This document shows, one piece after another, positions 39,876-51,067 of a stretch of DNA of 64,000 nucleotides. How positions within the stretch are numbered: position 1 is the stretch's first letter; every line of letters starts with the position of its first letter. Below the pieces are notes generated by a model. The model did not search any database, had not been told where the DNA came from, and was given only the letters and a program-made list of their open reading frames with translations. Where the stretch lies: assembly GCA_030834445.1 (NCBI GenBank), contig JAURFC010000001.1, forward strand, positions 22,544-86,543, written 5' to 3'. The position numbers and the translations under genes are program-made. Source of the DNA: Bacillota bacterium. Its GTDB lineage: Bacteria > Bacillota_I > Bacilli_A > RFN20 > CAG-826.

Positions 39876-41087
39876 ATGACCTTATTAGAACGCTTTTTAG
39901 ACTATGTAAAAATCGATTCTCAATCCGATCCTGATTCATCCACCGTGCCTTCAACGGCAAAACAACTCGATGTGATTGCCTTACTGGTTCACCAATTAAA
40001 GGAACTCGGTGTTCCACGTGTGGTCGAAGATGGTAAAGGCAACGTGTATGCTACCATTCCCGGAAATGACCCGACGAAAACAACGTCGATTGGACTGATG
40101 GCCCACGTGGATACCGCCACAGAAATGAGTGGAAAGAACGTTCGTCCTCAAGTGATTACAAACTATGATGGCAGCGTCATTAGCTTAAGCCACGAACTCG
40201 GTGTCGTTTTAGATCCAACGGTTTTCCCAATTCTTACTTTTCATCGCGGTAAGACGCTTGTGACCACCTCCGGTGATACGTTACTCGGTGCGGACGACAA
40301 AGCAGGCGTCGCAATCTTAATGGACTTTGTTCAGTTTGTCTTGAAAACGCCGTCTTATCGCCATGGTCCCATTCAGATTGGGTTCACGTGTGATGAAGAA
40401 ATTGGTCGAGGCGTCACGCATTTTGACCCTACTTTATTTCAAGCCACCTTTGCTTACACGTTGGATGGCGGCGATTTACACCGCATTAACGTTGAAAACT
40501 TTAATGCCTCAAGCGCTGTGGTTCGCTTTCAAGGGAAAGCGATTCATCCAGGAACCGCGAAGAATCAAATGGTGAATGCCCAAACGCTTGCGGCGCGTTA
40601 TCACCTTTCTTTACCCACTAATCAGACTCCGGAAACTACAGAAGGGTATGAAGGTTTTATTCATTTAACCCAATCCATGGGTGGTGTTGAATCCTCGGAA
40701 TTACGTTATATACTTCGTGATCATGATTTAAAAAAATTAGAAGCACTCGAAGCATTAATGCACACTAAAGTGGATGCATTAAATAGTGCACTTGATACAC
40801 CACGTGTTTCCATCACCATCCAACGCAGTTATTACAACATGAAAAGTATCATTGACCAACACCCTGACATTTTAAAACGTGTTAATGATGCGTATCAGGC
40901 TTTAAATCTTCCCCTTCACTATGAACCGATTCGCGGGGGAACCGATGGGGCAATGTTGACGTATAAAGGTGTCCCCACACCCAATCTTGCAACGGGGGGC
41001 TATAACTTCCATGGAAAATATGAATATTTTGTGGTGGAAGATGGTTTAATGATGGTGGAAGTATTGAAACGAATCTTTGCGTATTAA
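39876..41087 (+). CDS. pepT: peptidase T (tripeptide aminopeptidase, M20 family)
   Basis: MAHVDTA and GADDKAGVA motifs, 403 aa. Confidence 0.85.
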   Translation: MTLLERFLDYVKIDSQSDPDSSTVPSTAKQLDVIALLVHQLKELGVPRVVEDGKGNVYATIPGNDPTKTTSIGLMAHVDTATEMSGKNVRPQVITNYDGSVISLSHELGVVLDPTVFPILTFHRGKTLVTTSGDTLLGADDKAGVAILMDFVQFVLKTPSYRHGPIQIGFTCDEEIGRGVTHFDPTLFQATFAYTLDGGDLHRINVENFNASSAVVRFQGKAIHPGTAKNQMVNAQTLAARYHLSLPTNQTPETTEGYEGFIHLTQSMGGVESSELRYILRDHDLKKLEALEALMHTKVDALNSALDTPRVSITIQRSYYNMKSIIDQHPDILKRVNDAYQALNLPLHYEPIRGGTDGAMLTYKGVPTPNLATGGYNFHGKYEYFVVEDGLMMVEVLKRIFAY

Positions 41088-41139
41088 TCGCAAAAAAATA
41101 TGTTATAATCTATCAGTTATAGAAAAGAAAGAGGAACTT

Positions 41140-43257
41140 ATGACAAAGAGGACATTTACGTTAGATTTTGCCGGTAAAAAATTAGTCGTTGAAACAGGAG
41201 AATTAGCCAAACAAGCGGATGGCGCTGTGCTCGTTCGCTATGATGACACCGTGATTTTATCCACTGCGGTAGGAAGTAATGAAGCCAAAAATACGGACTT
41301 CTTCCCCTTAACCGTGGTTTATGAAGAAAAACAATACGCTGTGGGAAAAATCCCAGGATCCTTCCTTCGTCGTGAAGGCCGCCCAGGAGAACATGCTACG
41401 TTAACCGCACGTTTAATTGATCGCCCCATTCGCCCTTTATTTGATGAAGGCTTCCGTAATGAAGTTCAAATCGTCAATACGGTCCTCAGTGTTGATTTAA
41501 ATGCCACCCCGGAAATGACCGCCTTATTTGGTTCTGGATTAGCGTTAGGCATTTCCGATATCCCTTTTGATGGTCCTGTCGCTGGGGTCTATGTGGGCCG
41601 TGTGAATGGCAAACTCATTATTAACCCGACGGTCGAAGAACGTCTTGAAAGTGATATTCACCTTGCCGTGGCCGGAACACCCGATGCAATTAACATGGTG
41701 GAAGCGGGAGCTCAAGAAGTTTCTGAATCCGATATGTTAGAAGCGCTCATGTTTGGTCATGATGCAATTAAGCAACTCTGTGCCTTCCAACAAGACATTA
41801 TTAAAACCATTGGGGTTAGTAAACGTCACGTTGAACTGTATCGCGTGAATGCCGATATCAATCAAGAAGTTCGCGCTCTTGGTCAAAAAGAACTTGTCAA
41901 AGCGATTTCCACTAAAGAAAAATTAGAACGCGAAGCCAACATTAATGCGGTCAAAGAAAAAGTGATTGCCGCGTTTGAAGCAAAAACGTATCCCGATCGT
42001 GAAACCGAAGATAAAACACTAAAAGAAGTCGATATGATTTTAGAAACGATCATTGCCGATGAAGTTCGCCGCCTCATTACCGAAGATAAAGTTCGCCCGG
42101 ACGGTCGAGGCGTTAATGAAATTCGTCCCCTGGATTGCCAAGTGGACTTACTCCCTCGCGTCCATGGTTCCGCCCTCTTTACCCGCGGTCAAACCCAAGT
42201 CTTATCGGTGGTCACACTCGCTTCCTTAAATGATGTTCAAATCATTGATAACTTAACGGATGAAGATAAAAAACGCTTCATGCACCATTACAACTTCCCA
42301 CCCTTTTCTGTTGGAGAAGTCGGTCGTATGGGCAGCCCAGGTCGTCGAGAAATTGGTCACGGGGCATTAGGTGAACGCGCTTTAAGCTATGTGATTCCTT
42401 CCGAAGAAACGTTCCCTTACACTATTCGGGTCGTGAGTGAAGTTTTAGAATCCAATGGATCATCCTCCCAAGCCAGTATTTGTGCCTCCTCGATGGCCCT
42501 CATGGCCGCAGGGGTTCCTGTCACAGGTTTAGTCTCAGGCATTGCCATGGGGTTAATTACCTCCGGGCCGTTAGATGGTAAACATCCGTATACGATTTTG
42601 ACCGATATTCAAGGTTTAGAAGATCACTTCGGGGATATGGACTTTAAAGTCGCAGGGACCCAAAAAGGGATTACTGCCTTACAAATGGATATTAAGATTC
42701 GTGGCATTAACCGTGCAATTATTCAAGAAGCCCTACAAGAAGCCTTACGAGCACGTACGGTCATTCGTGAACGGATGGAACAAACGATTGCGGAACCGCG
42801 GGAAGATGTGGGAACCTACGCACCCAAACTTCAACAACTTCAAATTCCTGTCGATAAAATTCGCGATGTCATTGGTCAAGGTGGTAAAGTCATTAATGGC
42901 ATTATCGATCAATGCAATGGCGTTAAAATTGATATTGAACAAGATGGTCGCGTTATGATTTATCATCAAGACCGTGAACCGATTAATCGTGCGAAAAAGA
43001 TGATTGAAGATTTAACACGGGAAGCCAAAGTCGGCGAAATCTTTGACGGCGAAGTCGTTCGCATTGAAGCTTATGGGGTTTTCGTTAACTTATTTGGGGA
43101 TGTTGATGGCATGGTTCATGTCTCCAAACTCGCTCAAAAACGCGTTGAACATCCTAAAGATGTTGTCAAACTCGGTCAAAAACTCAAAGTTCGCGTCACC
43201 GAAATTGATGAAAAAGGTCGTGTTGCCCTTTCCCACAAGGAGTATGCCAACGATTAA
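41140..43257 (+). CDS. pnp: polyribonucleotide nucleotidyltransferase (PNPase)
   Basis: Two RNase PH domains plus KH plus a C-terminal S1. AAGAGGAA RBS before ATG 41140 ([10 protein letters not shown]). The track ORF starts at 41077. An extended -10 tgttataat lies at 41101. Confidence 0.95.
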   Translation: MTKRTFTLDFAGKKLVVETGELAKQADGAVLVRYDDTVILSTAVGSNEAKNTDFFPLTVVYEEKQYAVGKIPGSFLRREGRPGEHATLTARLIDRPIRPLFDEGFRNEVQIVNTVLSVDLNATPEMTALFGSGLALGISDIPFDGPVAGVYVGRVNGKLIINPTVEERLESDIHLAVAGTPDAINMVEAGAQEVSESDMLEALMFGHDAIKQLCAFQQDIIKTIGVSKRHVELYRVNADINQEVRALGQKELVKAISTKEKLEREANINAVKEKVIAAFEAKTYPDRETEDKTLKEVDMILETIIADEVRRLITEDKVRPDGRGVNEIRPLDCQVDLLPRVHGSALFTRGQTQVLSVVTLASLNDVQIIDNLTDEDKKRFMHHYNFPPFSVGEVGRMGSPGRREIGHGALGERALSYVIPSEETFPYTIRVVSEVLESNGSSSQASICASSMALMAAGVPVTGLVSGIAMGLITSGPLDGKHPYTILTDIQGLEDHFGDMDFKVAGTQKGITALQMDIKIRGINRAIIQEALQEALRARTVIRERMEQTIAEPREDVGTYAPKLQQLQIPVDKIRDVIGQGGKVINGIIDQCNGVKIDIEQDGRVMIYHQDREPINRAKKMIEDLTREAKVGEIFDGEVVRIEAYGVFVNLFGDVDGMVHVSKLAQKRVEHPKDVVKLGQKLKVRVTEIDEKGRVALSHKEYAND

Positions 43258-43311
43258 TTCGCTTTTTTTTAAAAGTCGTTATAATGAAGTTGTTTTAAAG
43301 GAAAATAAATA

Positions 43312-45036
43312 ATGAATGCACAAGACAAAATCCGCCTGTTTGCATTAGGTGGACTCGATGAACACGGCAAATGTATGTTTGTCGTGGAATTAGGGTCTGA
43401 CCTTTTCGTCATTGAAGCGGGCCTCAAGTATCCGACCCGAGATCATCCCGGTGTCGATGCGATTATCCCTAACATTGACTATCTCATCAAAGAACGTCAC
43501 CGTGTCCGTGCGTACATTATTACCCATGGTCATGATGACCAAATGGGTGCTTTACCTTACATTTATAAACAAGTGACTGCTCCGGTGTATGGTACGCCAG
43601 CAACGATTGCCTTACTCAACCAATACACGAAAGAATTAAAGCTGAATGTCGAGTATGAAACGCATATCATTCAACCGACCAGTCAAGTCAAAATTGCAGG
43701 ATATGATTTTCATTTCTTCCAAACCGTTCATAGCGTGATGGATTCGTGCGGTTTTGCGATTGATACCCCCTTTGGTAACATCGTTTATTCGGGGGATTTT
43801 ATTGTTGAATACAATACGCATAAACACTATAAGCATGATCTCAATGCCCTAGCGAAAATCGCGGAAAAAGAAACACTTGTTTTACTCACTGAATCCGAAG
43901 CTGCGGATAAAGTAGGATATTGCTCACCGAATCATCGCTTAAATGATCATCTGGTCATCCCGTTCCAAATGGCACAAGGCCGCGTGTTTATTGCCCTTTA
44001 TAATCAATCGGTTTATAACCTTGAAGAAGTCGTTCAATTTGCAATGGCCAATCAAAAGAAAGTCATTTTCTACGATCAAGAAACCGAAAATTACATTGAA
44101 ACCTTCATGAAACTCAATGCCTTATCGCTTCCTCGTGACAAAATTGTCAGTCGTGAAAATCACTTACGTACAGCGATCAAAGACCAAGTCATTATCATGA
44201 TGGGACAAGGCGAACGCGTTTATAAAAAAATTGATGAACTTGCCAATAGCGTCAATGAAGATAAAACGTTCTCCCTTAACACCAGTGATACCTTTATCGT
44301 CGCTTGCCCTTCCGCGCCCGCCTTTGAAGTGCTCGCCACCGATGCGATTGATGGCATTTATCAAACCGGCGCCAAAGTCGTGAATATTACCCGGAAGCAA
44401 ATTCGCGGATTACACGCACAAGAAGAAGATATTAAAACGCTCGTCTCTTTGCTTAAACCGAAATACTACATGCCGGTGAAAGGTGAATATGTCCATCTCG
44501 TCGCCAACGCCAAACTTGGAGTCGCCACAGGGATCGGCTTAAATCATATGAACACCTTTTTAATGGACAATGGTTTTGTGCTTGAATTTACCGGGGGTAA
44601 ACCTAAACTCTTATTATCGGAATTAGACCGTATTCCGACCGGTGATACGTTTATTGATGGTCTCGGCATTGGTGACGTCAAATCCGACGTCATTCAACAA
44701 CGTCAACGCTTAGGCGAAGATGGGGTTGTTATTTTAGGAGCCACCATCTCCAAACTTCATAAAAAAATTGTCGCTGGACCGGATGTGCAAATGCGAGGTT
44801 TTGTTTTTGTGAAAGATTCCGATAACATCATGAAAGAAATCCAAACGTTATTTGCCCAAGAACTGAACGACTATGTGACCAAAAAAGCGTTTATTGCCTT
44901 GGATGATTTTAAATATTATCTCATTGAAAAGACAGGTAAAATCCTTCGTCGAATCAATGGCAAAAACCCCATTATTTTACCAATTATTCTTTGGTTTGAT
45001 GAAGAACCTGCTTCCGCACCAAAGTCGACAAACTAG
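43312..45036 (+). CDS. rnj: ribonuclease J (metallo-beta-lactamase / beta-CASP)
   Basis: HxHxDH motif ITHGHDDQMGALPY and beta-CASP features, 574 aa. Confidence 0.9.
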   Translation: MNAQDKIRLFALGGLDEHGKCMFVVELGSDLFVIEAGLKYPTRDHPGVDAIIPNIDYLIKERHRVRAYIITHGHDDQMGALPYIYKQVTAPVYGTPATIALLNQYTKELKLNVEYETHIIQPTSQVKIAGYDFHFFQTVHSVMDSCGFAIDTPFGNIVYSGDFIVEYNTHKHYKHDLNALAKIAEKETLVLLTESEAADKVGYCSPNHRLNDHLVIPFQMAQGRVFIALYNQSVYNLEEVVQFAMANQKKVIFYDQETENYIETFMKLNALSLPRDKIVSRENHLRTAIKDQVIIMMGQGERVYKKIDELANSVNEDKTFSLNTSDTFIVACPSAPAFEVLATDAIDGIYQTGAKVVNITRKQIRGLHAQEEDIKTLVSLLKPKYYMPVKGEYVHLVANAKLGVATGIGLNHMNTFLMDNGFVLEFTGGKPKLLLSELDRIPTGDTFIDGLGIGDVKSDVIQQRQRLGEDGVVILGATISKLHKKIVAGPDVQMRGFVFVKDSDNIMKEIQTLFAQELNDYVTKKAFIALDDFKYYLIEKTGKILRRINGKNPIILPIILWFDEEPASAPKSTN

Positions 45037-45073
45037 GCCCGCGATTTTGGGTTGAACTTGGTATAATTAACCT

Positions 45074-47467
45074 ATGAAACCCGTCTTAAATCCACAAACG
45101 TATCCTCCCCTTTCCGATCGACCCTTTAAATTTGCGTTGGGTTTATTTTTAATCTTACTTACCTTTCTTGGGTTTATTTCCGAAGGCATTTTTTCTCAGT
45201 TTGTCAGTTTCTTTTTTGCATTTTGGATTGGTGAATTGCGCGTCCTCGGCTTTTTATTCATGATTGGTTATGGCATTAGCCTCATGTTGAATCGCCCCTT
45301 TTTAAAAATTGAACGACGGTTATCCTCATTTGGGATTGCCTTAACGATTTTATCGATATTAGGTTTATCCACCTATGGTGTCTTACAAACGATGGATAAT
45401 CCTCCCGACTTAACCTTACTCGCGTTCTTTCCCAGCTTTTTTACGCTCTTTTTACCACCCGATGGCGCGTTATTTATATTTCATGAAGCCACAGTCGGTG
45501 GCGGTATTTTAGGAAGTTTTGTCGTGGCTCTTATTCGCATTCTTCAACTTGAATCTTTCAATCAACTTTTTTTATTAATCCTCTTATTTGCAGGAATTTT
45601 ATTAAGCCTCGAAAAGATTTGGGCGTACATGATTCATTCGATTGCCTCTACACTGGATGAACGACAAAAAGAGCGGGAACGCTTTCGCCGCATGAGTCAA
45701 CTTTCTCCGACCAAAACATTTGCCAACACGATGACGACCATTGATCCTAATAATGGAGAAACCAAAGTCGTCCGACGATTATTTCCGACGAACGCGGTCA
45801 GTGGACTAACGAAGGTTCAATTTAAACGTCCAGAATCGCAGGCGCCCCAGCAACCTAGCATGCAACCTGTATCGCTTCCTTTAGAAACGAGTGAAGAAGA
45901 ACCTCAACCCATCCCCATCACCACCTCAAATAACACGCTTTATGAAGCACCGGATATTTTACCCGAGCCAATAGAGAAACCGCTTAATCCATCCGTGGCT
46001 GCACCCAAACCGATAACGGCCTATGCAACCCCCGATCTTAGTTTATTAACATCGCGAACGAATGGTCTTGACCGTGATTTTAATGAAGCAGTTACCAAAA
46101 AACGCGTGGATATCCTCCAACAAAAATTTGCTTCCTTAAATGTTCCTGCCAATATTATTGGCTATGATATTGGGCCCAGTGTTACCTCCTTTGATGTGCA
46201 AATGGCAGAAGGCGCCCAAACCCAACAAGTTAAAAAAGTGCTCCTGGATTTAGGCATTGCCCTCGGGGGCTATGAAGTCGCCTTCCATGACATCGTCCTT
46301 GGTAAAACATGCTCAACGATTGAAGTGGTCAATGAACGCGCGTCGATGGTTGGTTATAAAGAAATGATCAATGATCTCCGCAATAATGAAGAAACCTCCC
46401 ATAAACTTATGATTCCGTTTGGTCGTAACATCATCGGGGAAGTCATTGCCTTTACACCGAAAGACATGATTCACCTTTTAGTCGCAGGATCGAGTGGCAG
46501 TGGAAAAACGGTGTTTATGCACACATTTATCATGACCCTTCTCATGCAAACATCCCCTGATCAAGCCCGTATGCTCCTGATTGATCCGAAGAAATTTGAA
46601 TTATCCAAATATAAAAATCTTCCCCACCTACTTTGTCCGATTATTTCAGAAATGGATGAAGCAAAAGTTGCGTTAGAACGTTTAATTGACGTCATGGAAG
46701 AACGTTATCAAGCTTTGCAAGATTCCGAAACGTCTTCGCTTGATCAATATAATCGTTATGCGGTTGAAAATCAAAAACCAACCTTCCCTCTTATTTTTGC
46801 CATTATCGATGAATATAACGACCTGATTAATACGCATCCTCAAGTTTCTGATTTGGTGACGCGTCTCGCCCAAAAAGCTCGTGCAGCCGGCATACACCTT
46901 ATGATCGCTACCCAACGTCCGACCACCGATATCATAACCGGTAGCATTAAAAACAACATGGCCACGATTGTCGCACTGCGTGTGGCTAAACAAGTGGATT
47001 CTGTGACGGTATTAGGACATGGCGGTGCCGAGATCCTTGGTGGAAACGGCGATATGTATTTAGTGAATCCTTTATTTGCCCGCCAAGGGGAAATTCGGGT
47101 CCAAGGTGCTTACCTCAGTGAAGATGAAATCAGTCGCGTGTGTGCGGATATTCGTTCGCGTCATTTACCCCAATATGATGAACGGTTCTTGAATTTAAAA
47201 GAAACGAGCAACCCTCCTTCCAGTGGCGATGGCTTTTCTCCGAATATGGAACTTACTGATCCCATGTATGAAAGCATTAAAGAAGCGGTCATGCGCATGG
47301 ATTATGTCTCGATGAATTGGATTGCGCGAACCTATGAAATGGGCTATCCTCGTGCGTTACGCCTGTTTAAAATGTTACAAAATGATGGGGTCGTCGATGC
47401 TTCCGATACCAGCCCACAAAATAATAAAGGTCGTAAAGTGCTTATACGTCATCCGGAGGGGGTCTAA
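45074..47467 (+). CDS. ftsK: DNA translocase FtsK/SpoIIIE
   Basis: N-terminal TM segments and a Pro/Gln-rich linker. Motor domain with Walker A GSSGSGKT and a C-terminal gamma (winged-helix) domain. Confidence 0.9.
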   Translation: MKPVLNPQTYPPLSDRPFKFALGLFLILLTFLGFISEGIFSQFVSFFFAFWIGELRVLGFLFMIGYGISLMLNRPFLKIERRLSSFGIALTILSILGLSTYGVLQTMDNPPDLTLLAFFPSFFTLFLPPDGALFIFHEATVGGGILGSFVVALIRILQLESFNQLFLLILLFAGILLSLEKIWAYMIHSIASTLDERQKERERFRRMSQLSPTKTFANTMTTIDPNNGETKVVRRLFPTNAVSGLTKVQFKRPESQAPQQPSMQPVSLPLETSEEEPQPIPITTSNNTLYEAPDILPEPIEKPLNPSVAAPKPITAYATPDLSLLTSRTNGLDRDFNEAVTKKRVDILQQKFASLNVPANIIGYDIGPSVTSFDVQMAEGAQTQQVKKVLLDLGIALGGYEVAFHDIVLGKTCSTIEVVNERASMVGYKEMINDLRNNEETSHKLMIPFGRNIIGEVIAFTPKDMIHLLVAGSSGSGKTVFMHTFIMTLLMQTSPDQARMLLIDPKKFELSKYKNLPHLLCPIISEMDEAKVALERLIDVMEERYQALQDSETSSLDQYNRYAVENQKPTFPLIFAIIDEYNDLINTHPQVSDLVTRLAQKARAAGIHLMIATQRPTTDIITGSIKNNMATIVALRVAKQVDSVTVLGHGGAEILGGNGDMYLVNPLFARQGEIRVQGAYLSEDEISRVCADIRSRHLPQYDERFLNLKETSNPPSSGDGFSPNMELTDPMYESIKEAVMRMDYVSMNWIARTYEMGYPRALRLFKMLQNDGVVDASDTSPQNNKGRKVLIRHPEGV

Positions 47468-47469
47468 CC

Positions 47470-47802
47470 ATGGCAGTTTCCACCGGCATTGATTTAGCGT
47501 ATATTCCCCGTTTTAAAGAAAAAACCGATTTAGCGAAAAAAATTTTAGCGCCCTATGAATATGAAGCCTATCTTCATCACCCGATTCCAGAACAGTTTTT
47601 AGCCGGGCGATTTGCAGCCAAAGAAGCGTTTATCAAAGCATGGAATACCTTACCGTATCCTGATTTTTCCCACATTGAAATTCATCTAGGTGAACATGGT
47701 AAACCGTTTATTCGCTACCAACAGCACCACTTTGCACTTTCCATCGCACATGATGGGGACTATGCTACGGCAATCGTTATAATAGAACGTGATGCATCTT
47801 AA
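47470..47802 (+). CDS. acpS: holo-[acyl-carrier-protein] synthase
   Basis: 110 aa. N-terminus GIDLAYIPRF and FAAKEAFIKAW. Confidence 0.85.
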   Translation: MAVSTGIDLAYIPRFKEKTDLAKKILAPYEYEAYLHHPIPEQFLAGRFAAKEAFIKAWNTLPYPDFSHIEIHLGEHGKPFIRYQQHHFALSIAHDGDYATAIVIIERDAS

Positions 47803-49918
47803 ATTTATGAAAGCGATTTTGGTGAAGCCGAACCAAATTCGTGTCTTGGTGTATGGGCCGCTTATTAATCATGACCGCGAGTCGGCCCGTCTTCGTGTTC
47901 AGTTTTCAATCCTTGAAACGATGACGTTACTTGAAGAAGTACCGCAAGCGAATTTAACATCGTTGCTCTTTCAATTGCATCAACCCATTACCTTGGGGAA
48001 TGCTTATGAAATTGTCATTGAATCGTTTGGTAGTGTTCCCGTCGATGTCTCTGAAGCGCTTCATTTTGAGCATTTTGATCGTGATTATACCTATCCTGAT
48101 GATGATCTTGGCGTGAGCTACGCGGACGTTCAAACGACCTTTAAGCTTTGGGCGCCATTAGCGAGCGCCGTGGTTTTAACCTTAAATCCAACCTCTGATT
48201 CACCCCAATACATTCCGATGAAGCGGGGTGATTTTGGTGTTTATGAAACAACTGTTTTAGGGGATTTAGATGGGTTAGCCTACACCTATGATGTCACCAA
48301 TCATGGGGTGACGCGAACGACCCTCGATCCTTACGCGATGGGCTCCACCTTAAATAGTGAAGCCTCCGTGGTCATAAATCCTTCCCGCATCAACGCGATT
48401 CCGCATCACGATGAAAAACTCCCCCCCTTAACCCATCCTACTGATGCGATTATTTATGAAGCCCATGTTCGTGATTTAACAAGTGACCCGCATACGAATA
48501 TTGTTTATAAGGGTCGTTTTTTAGGATTCCTTGAACGAGGTAAAACACTACAAGGAACCTCACAGCCCGTTGGATGGGATTATTTCACCTCCCTTGGATT
48601 TACCCATTTACAATTACTTCCCGTGAACGATTACCGGTCTGTCAATGAACATCAAACCGATCATGCTTACAACTGGGGATATGACCCGTATCAATTTGGT
48701 GTCATTGAAGGCAGTTATGCTTCCGATTTACACGACCCTTATAGTCGCCTTTTGGATTTTAAAACCTTGGTGAGCCAATGCCATCATGCGGGTTTACGCG
48801 TGAATTTAGATGTCGTTTATAACCACGTGTTTGAGTTTCAATATTCCGTATTTGAGAAAGTGGTTCCAGGTTATTATTTCCGTAAACGAACCGATGGAAC
48901 AATGTCGAATGGGTCCTTTTGTGGCAATGACGTCGCCTCAGAAAAACCGATGGTTCGTCACTTAATTGTGCATTTAGCCTTGTATTGGGTAAAAATGTTC
49001 CATATCGATGGCTATCGCTTTGATTTAATGGGGATCATCGACCAAACCACCATGCAACACCTTAGCGATTCGATTCACGCCCTTCGTCCCGATTTTATGA
49101 TGTATGGCGAAGGTTGGAATATGCCCACGGAACTCCCTTTTGAGGCTAAAACGATTACCGAACGGCATGTAGCTTTACCGTCCCTTAGTTTTTTTAATGA
49201 TACGTTCCGCAATGTGTTTAAGGGTGGTAATTTTGAAAATGATATTCTTGTCCCCGGTTTTACAACAGGAAACCCTTCCTTAATGCATGAAGCGATGGGT
49301 GGCATGCTTGGTTCCGCATATCCTCATCTTGGTGGTTATAAAGTCAGTCAACCAAATCAATCCATCAATTATGTCGAATGTCATGACAATGGAACTTTCT
49401 ACGATAAATTGATTCGTTTGTATCCTAACGCATCAGAAACTGAACTTCAGGCTTATATTCGCTTTAGTATTAGTGTGATTTTAACCGCCCAAGGCATTCC
49501 TTTCCTCCACATGGGCCAAGAAGTGGGTGGCACAAAATTAGGCGATCATAATTCGTATAAATCAGGCGATGCGGTCAATCAATTTCGCTTTGAACGAATT
49601 CAACCATACACCCCTGTTATCGCGACCTTGAAAGATTTAATTAGTTTACGAAAAGCATTTCCAGTGCTTCGTCAACCGCACTGTTTACCTACCCAAAACT
49701 TTCATATTGAAGTGCTACAAGAAGGAACCTTTATGATTCATTATCGTTGGGAAAAAGACACTTTTACCCTCGTGATCAACGCCCAGAATCATTCGGTTAC
49801 TTATCACGGAAACCCCCTTCAAGGTCAGCTTTATTTTGATGGGCAAATGCGAGTGGATCAAGCCTTCTCTTTAAAGGATATTCCTCCCTTAAGTGTGCTT
49901 TTTTTGAGACAAACATAA
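47789..49918 (+). CDS. pulA: type I pullulanase / glycogen-debranching GH13 enzyme, cytoplasmic
   Basis: GH13 catalytic regions (DVVYNHV, GYRFDLMG, YGEGW, ECHDN). No signal peptide. 709 aa. Confidence 0.85.
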   Translation: MMHLKFMKAILVKPNQIRVLVYGPLINHDRESARLRVQFSILETMTLLEEVPQANLTSLLFQLHQPITLGNAYEIVIESFGSVPVDVSEALHFEHFDRDYTYPDDDLGVSYADVQTTFKLWAPLASAVVLTLNPTSDSPQYIPMKRGDFGVYETTVLGDLDGLAYTYDVTNHGVTRTTLDPYAMGSTLNSEASVVINPSRINAIPHHDEKLPPLTHPTDAIIYEAHVRDLTSDPHTNIVYKGRFLGFLERGKTLQGTSQPVGWDYFTSLGFTHLQLLPVNDYRSVNEHQTDHAYNWGYDPYQFGVIEGSYASDLHDPYSRLLDFKTLVSQCHHAGLRVNLDVVYNHVFEFQYSVFEKVVPGYYFRKRTDGTMSNGSFCGNDVASEKPMVRHLIVHLALYWVKMFHIDGYRFDLMGIIDQTTMQHLSDSIHALRPDFMMYGEGWNMPTELPFEAKTITERHVALPSLSFFNDTFRNVFKGGNFENDILVPGFTTGNPSLMHEAMGGMLGSAYPHLGGYKVSQPNQSINYVECHDNGTFYDKLIRLYPNASETELQAYIRFSISVILTAQGIPFLHMGQEVGGTKLGDHNSYKSGDAVNQFRFERIQPYTPVIATLKDLISLRKAFPVLRQPHCLPTQNFHIEVLQEGTFMIHYRWEKDTFTLVINAQNHSVTYHGNPLQGQLYFDGQMRVDQAFSLKDIPPLSVLFLRQT

Positions 49919-49980
49919 GACATATTCAAGACGTTTTCATTCTAATTTAACCCTAGACTATCTCTTAAAGAGGTAAGGTT

Positions 49981-50259
49981 ATGATTTCAAATGTTATGGT
50001 GATTGGTTTAATGGATGACGTTATTTCCAGTAATACACGATATATTAAAGTCCAACGTGGGTACCGCAATGTCGAAGGGGTCTTTGTGGAAGATAAGATT
50101 CCCATTCGCTACTGGACACGGGCAACGAATAATTATTTTATGACCATGGCAAAGGGGACCTTAGTCGGCATTCGTGGTCGACTTGAAACCGAAGCAGAAG
50201 TGGGTGTTTTAATCATGTGTGATTTTCTTGAAACGCTCCATTTACCTTTAAAGACATAA
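49981..50259 (+). CDS. short SSB-like OB-fold protein (92 aa, no acidic C-terminal tail)
   Basis: SSB-like pattern MISNVMVIGLMDD...GTLVGIRGRLETEAEVGVLIMCDFLE. agaggtaagg RBS. Confidence 0.5.
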   Translation: MISNVMVIGLMDDVISSNTRYIKVQRGYRNVEGVFVEDKIPIRYWTRATNNYFMTMAKGTLVGIRGRLETEAEVGVLIMCDFLETLHLPLKT

Positions 50260-50299
50260 CGTGTAGTCAAACGAAATATTTTCGCTTACAATTAAATCG

Positions 50300-51067
50300 A
50301 TGCGAAAATATCTACGTTTAATTCCCTTACTCTTTATTCCTTTGTTACTTTCCTATTTTTTTGTCGTCCTACCGAATATGTTGTTGCGGAATATATTGCC
50401 TTTATCGTATCGGTATCGCTCCTTACGTTTTGTCGTTAGGATTCTTTATGCGGGATTACGCATTGATTTGCGAGTCCAAAATCCGGAAGTTAGTGAAACG
50501 ACCAAAGATGCCTTTATTGTGTGTAATCACCATTCGTTCATTGATCCTTTCTTTATTATTCATTTATTTCCTAATCCGGTACGTTTTTTGTCGAAAAAAG
50601 AAGTACGACATTTGGCTTTGTTTGGGGATGCAACGGCAAGCATTGATGCGTTATTTATTAATCGCAAAAGCATCAAATCCCAAATTACGTTACTCAAATC
50701 GATGAAAGGGATGTTAGAACAACGAAAAACAAATTGGTTGGTGTTCCCAGAAGGGACTCGCAATCGTGAATTTTATTCCCAACCCCTTCTCCCCTTTAAA
50801 CCCGGCGCCTTTAAACAAGCGATGGAAGCCAAAGTTGATATTTTACCGATGGTCACCTATGGTTTTCAACGGGTTTTAGATAAAAAAATTCATTGGAAAA
50901 AATATCCTGTCCAAATCGCTTTTTTAAAACCGATTACCCCTGCCATGTATGAAGGTTTTTCCACGCGTGAAGTCGCCGAACTCGTTCAAGCTCAGATGCA
51001 ACAAGAAAGTGATAAACTAGTGATAGAAGATCAGCGTTTATGCGCTGAATTCGGACACAAAGTATGA
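50300..51067 (+). CDS. plsC: 1-acyl-sn-glycerol-3-phosphate acyltransferase
   Basis: HX4D motif CNHHSFIDPF and FPEGTR motif, plus an N-terminal TM helix. Confidence 0.8.
   Translation: MRKYLRLIPLLFIPLLLSYFFVVLPNMLLRNILPLSYRYRSLRFVVRILYAGLRIDLRVQNPEVSETTKDAFIVCNHHSFIDPFFIIHLFPNPVRFLSKKEVRHLALFGDATASIDALFINRKSIKSQITLLKSMKGMLEQRKTNWLVFPEGTRNREFYSQPLLPFKPGAFKQAMEAKVDILPMVTYGFQRVLDKKIHWKKYPVQIAFLKPITPAMYEGFSTREVAELVQAQMQQESDKLVIEDQRLCAEFGHKV

Noticed and set aside
50268-50316. Short imperfect inverted repeat (CGAAATATTTTCG … GCGAAAATATCT) spanning the plsC start
   Set aside because: It is only 9-11 bp with mismatches and AT-rich. It could be a weak operator, but it is within what chance would give in AT-rich leader DNA.
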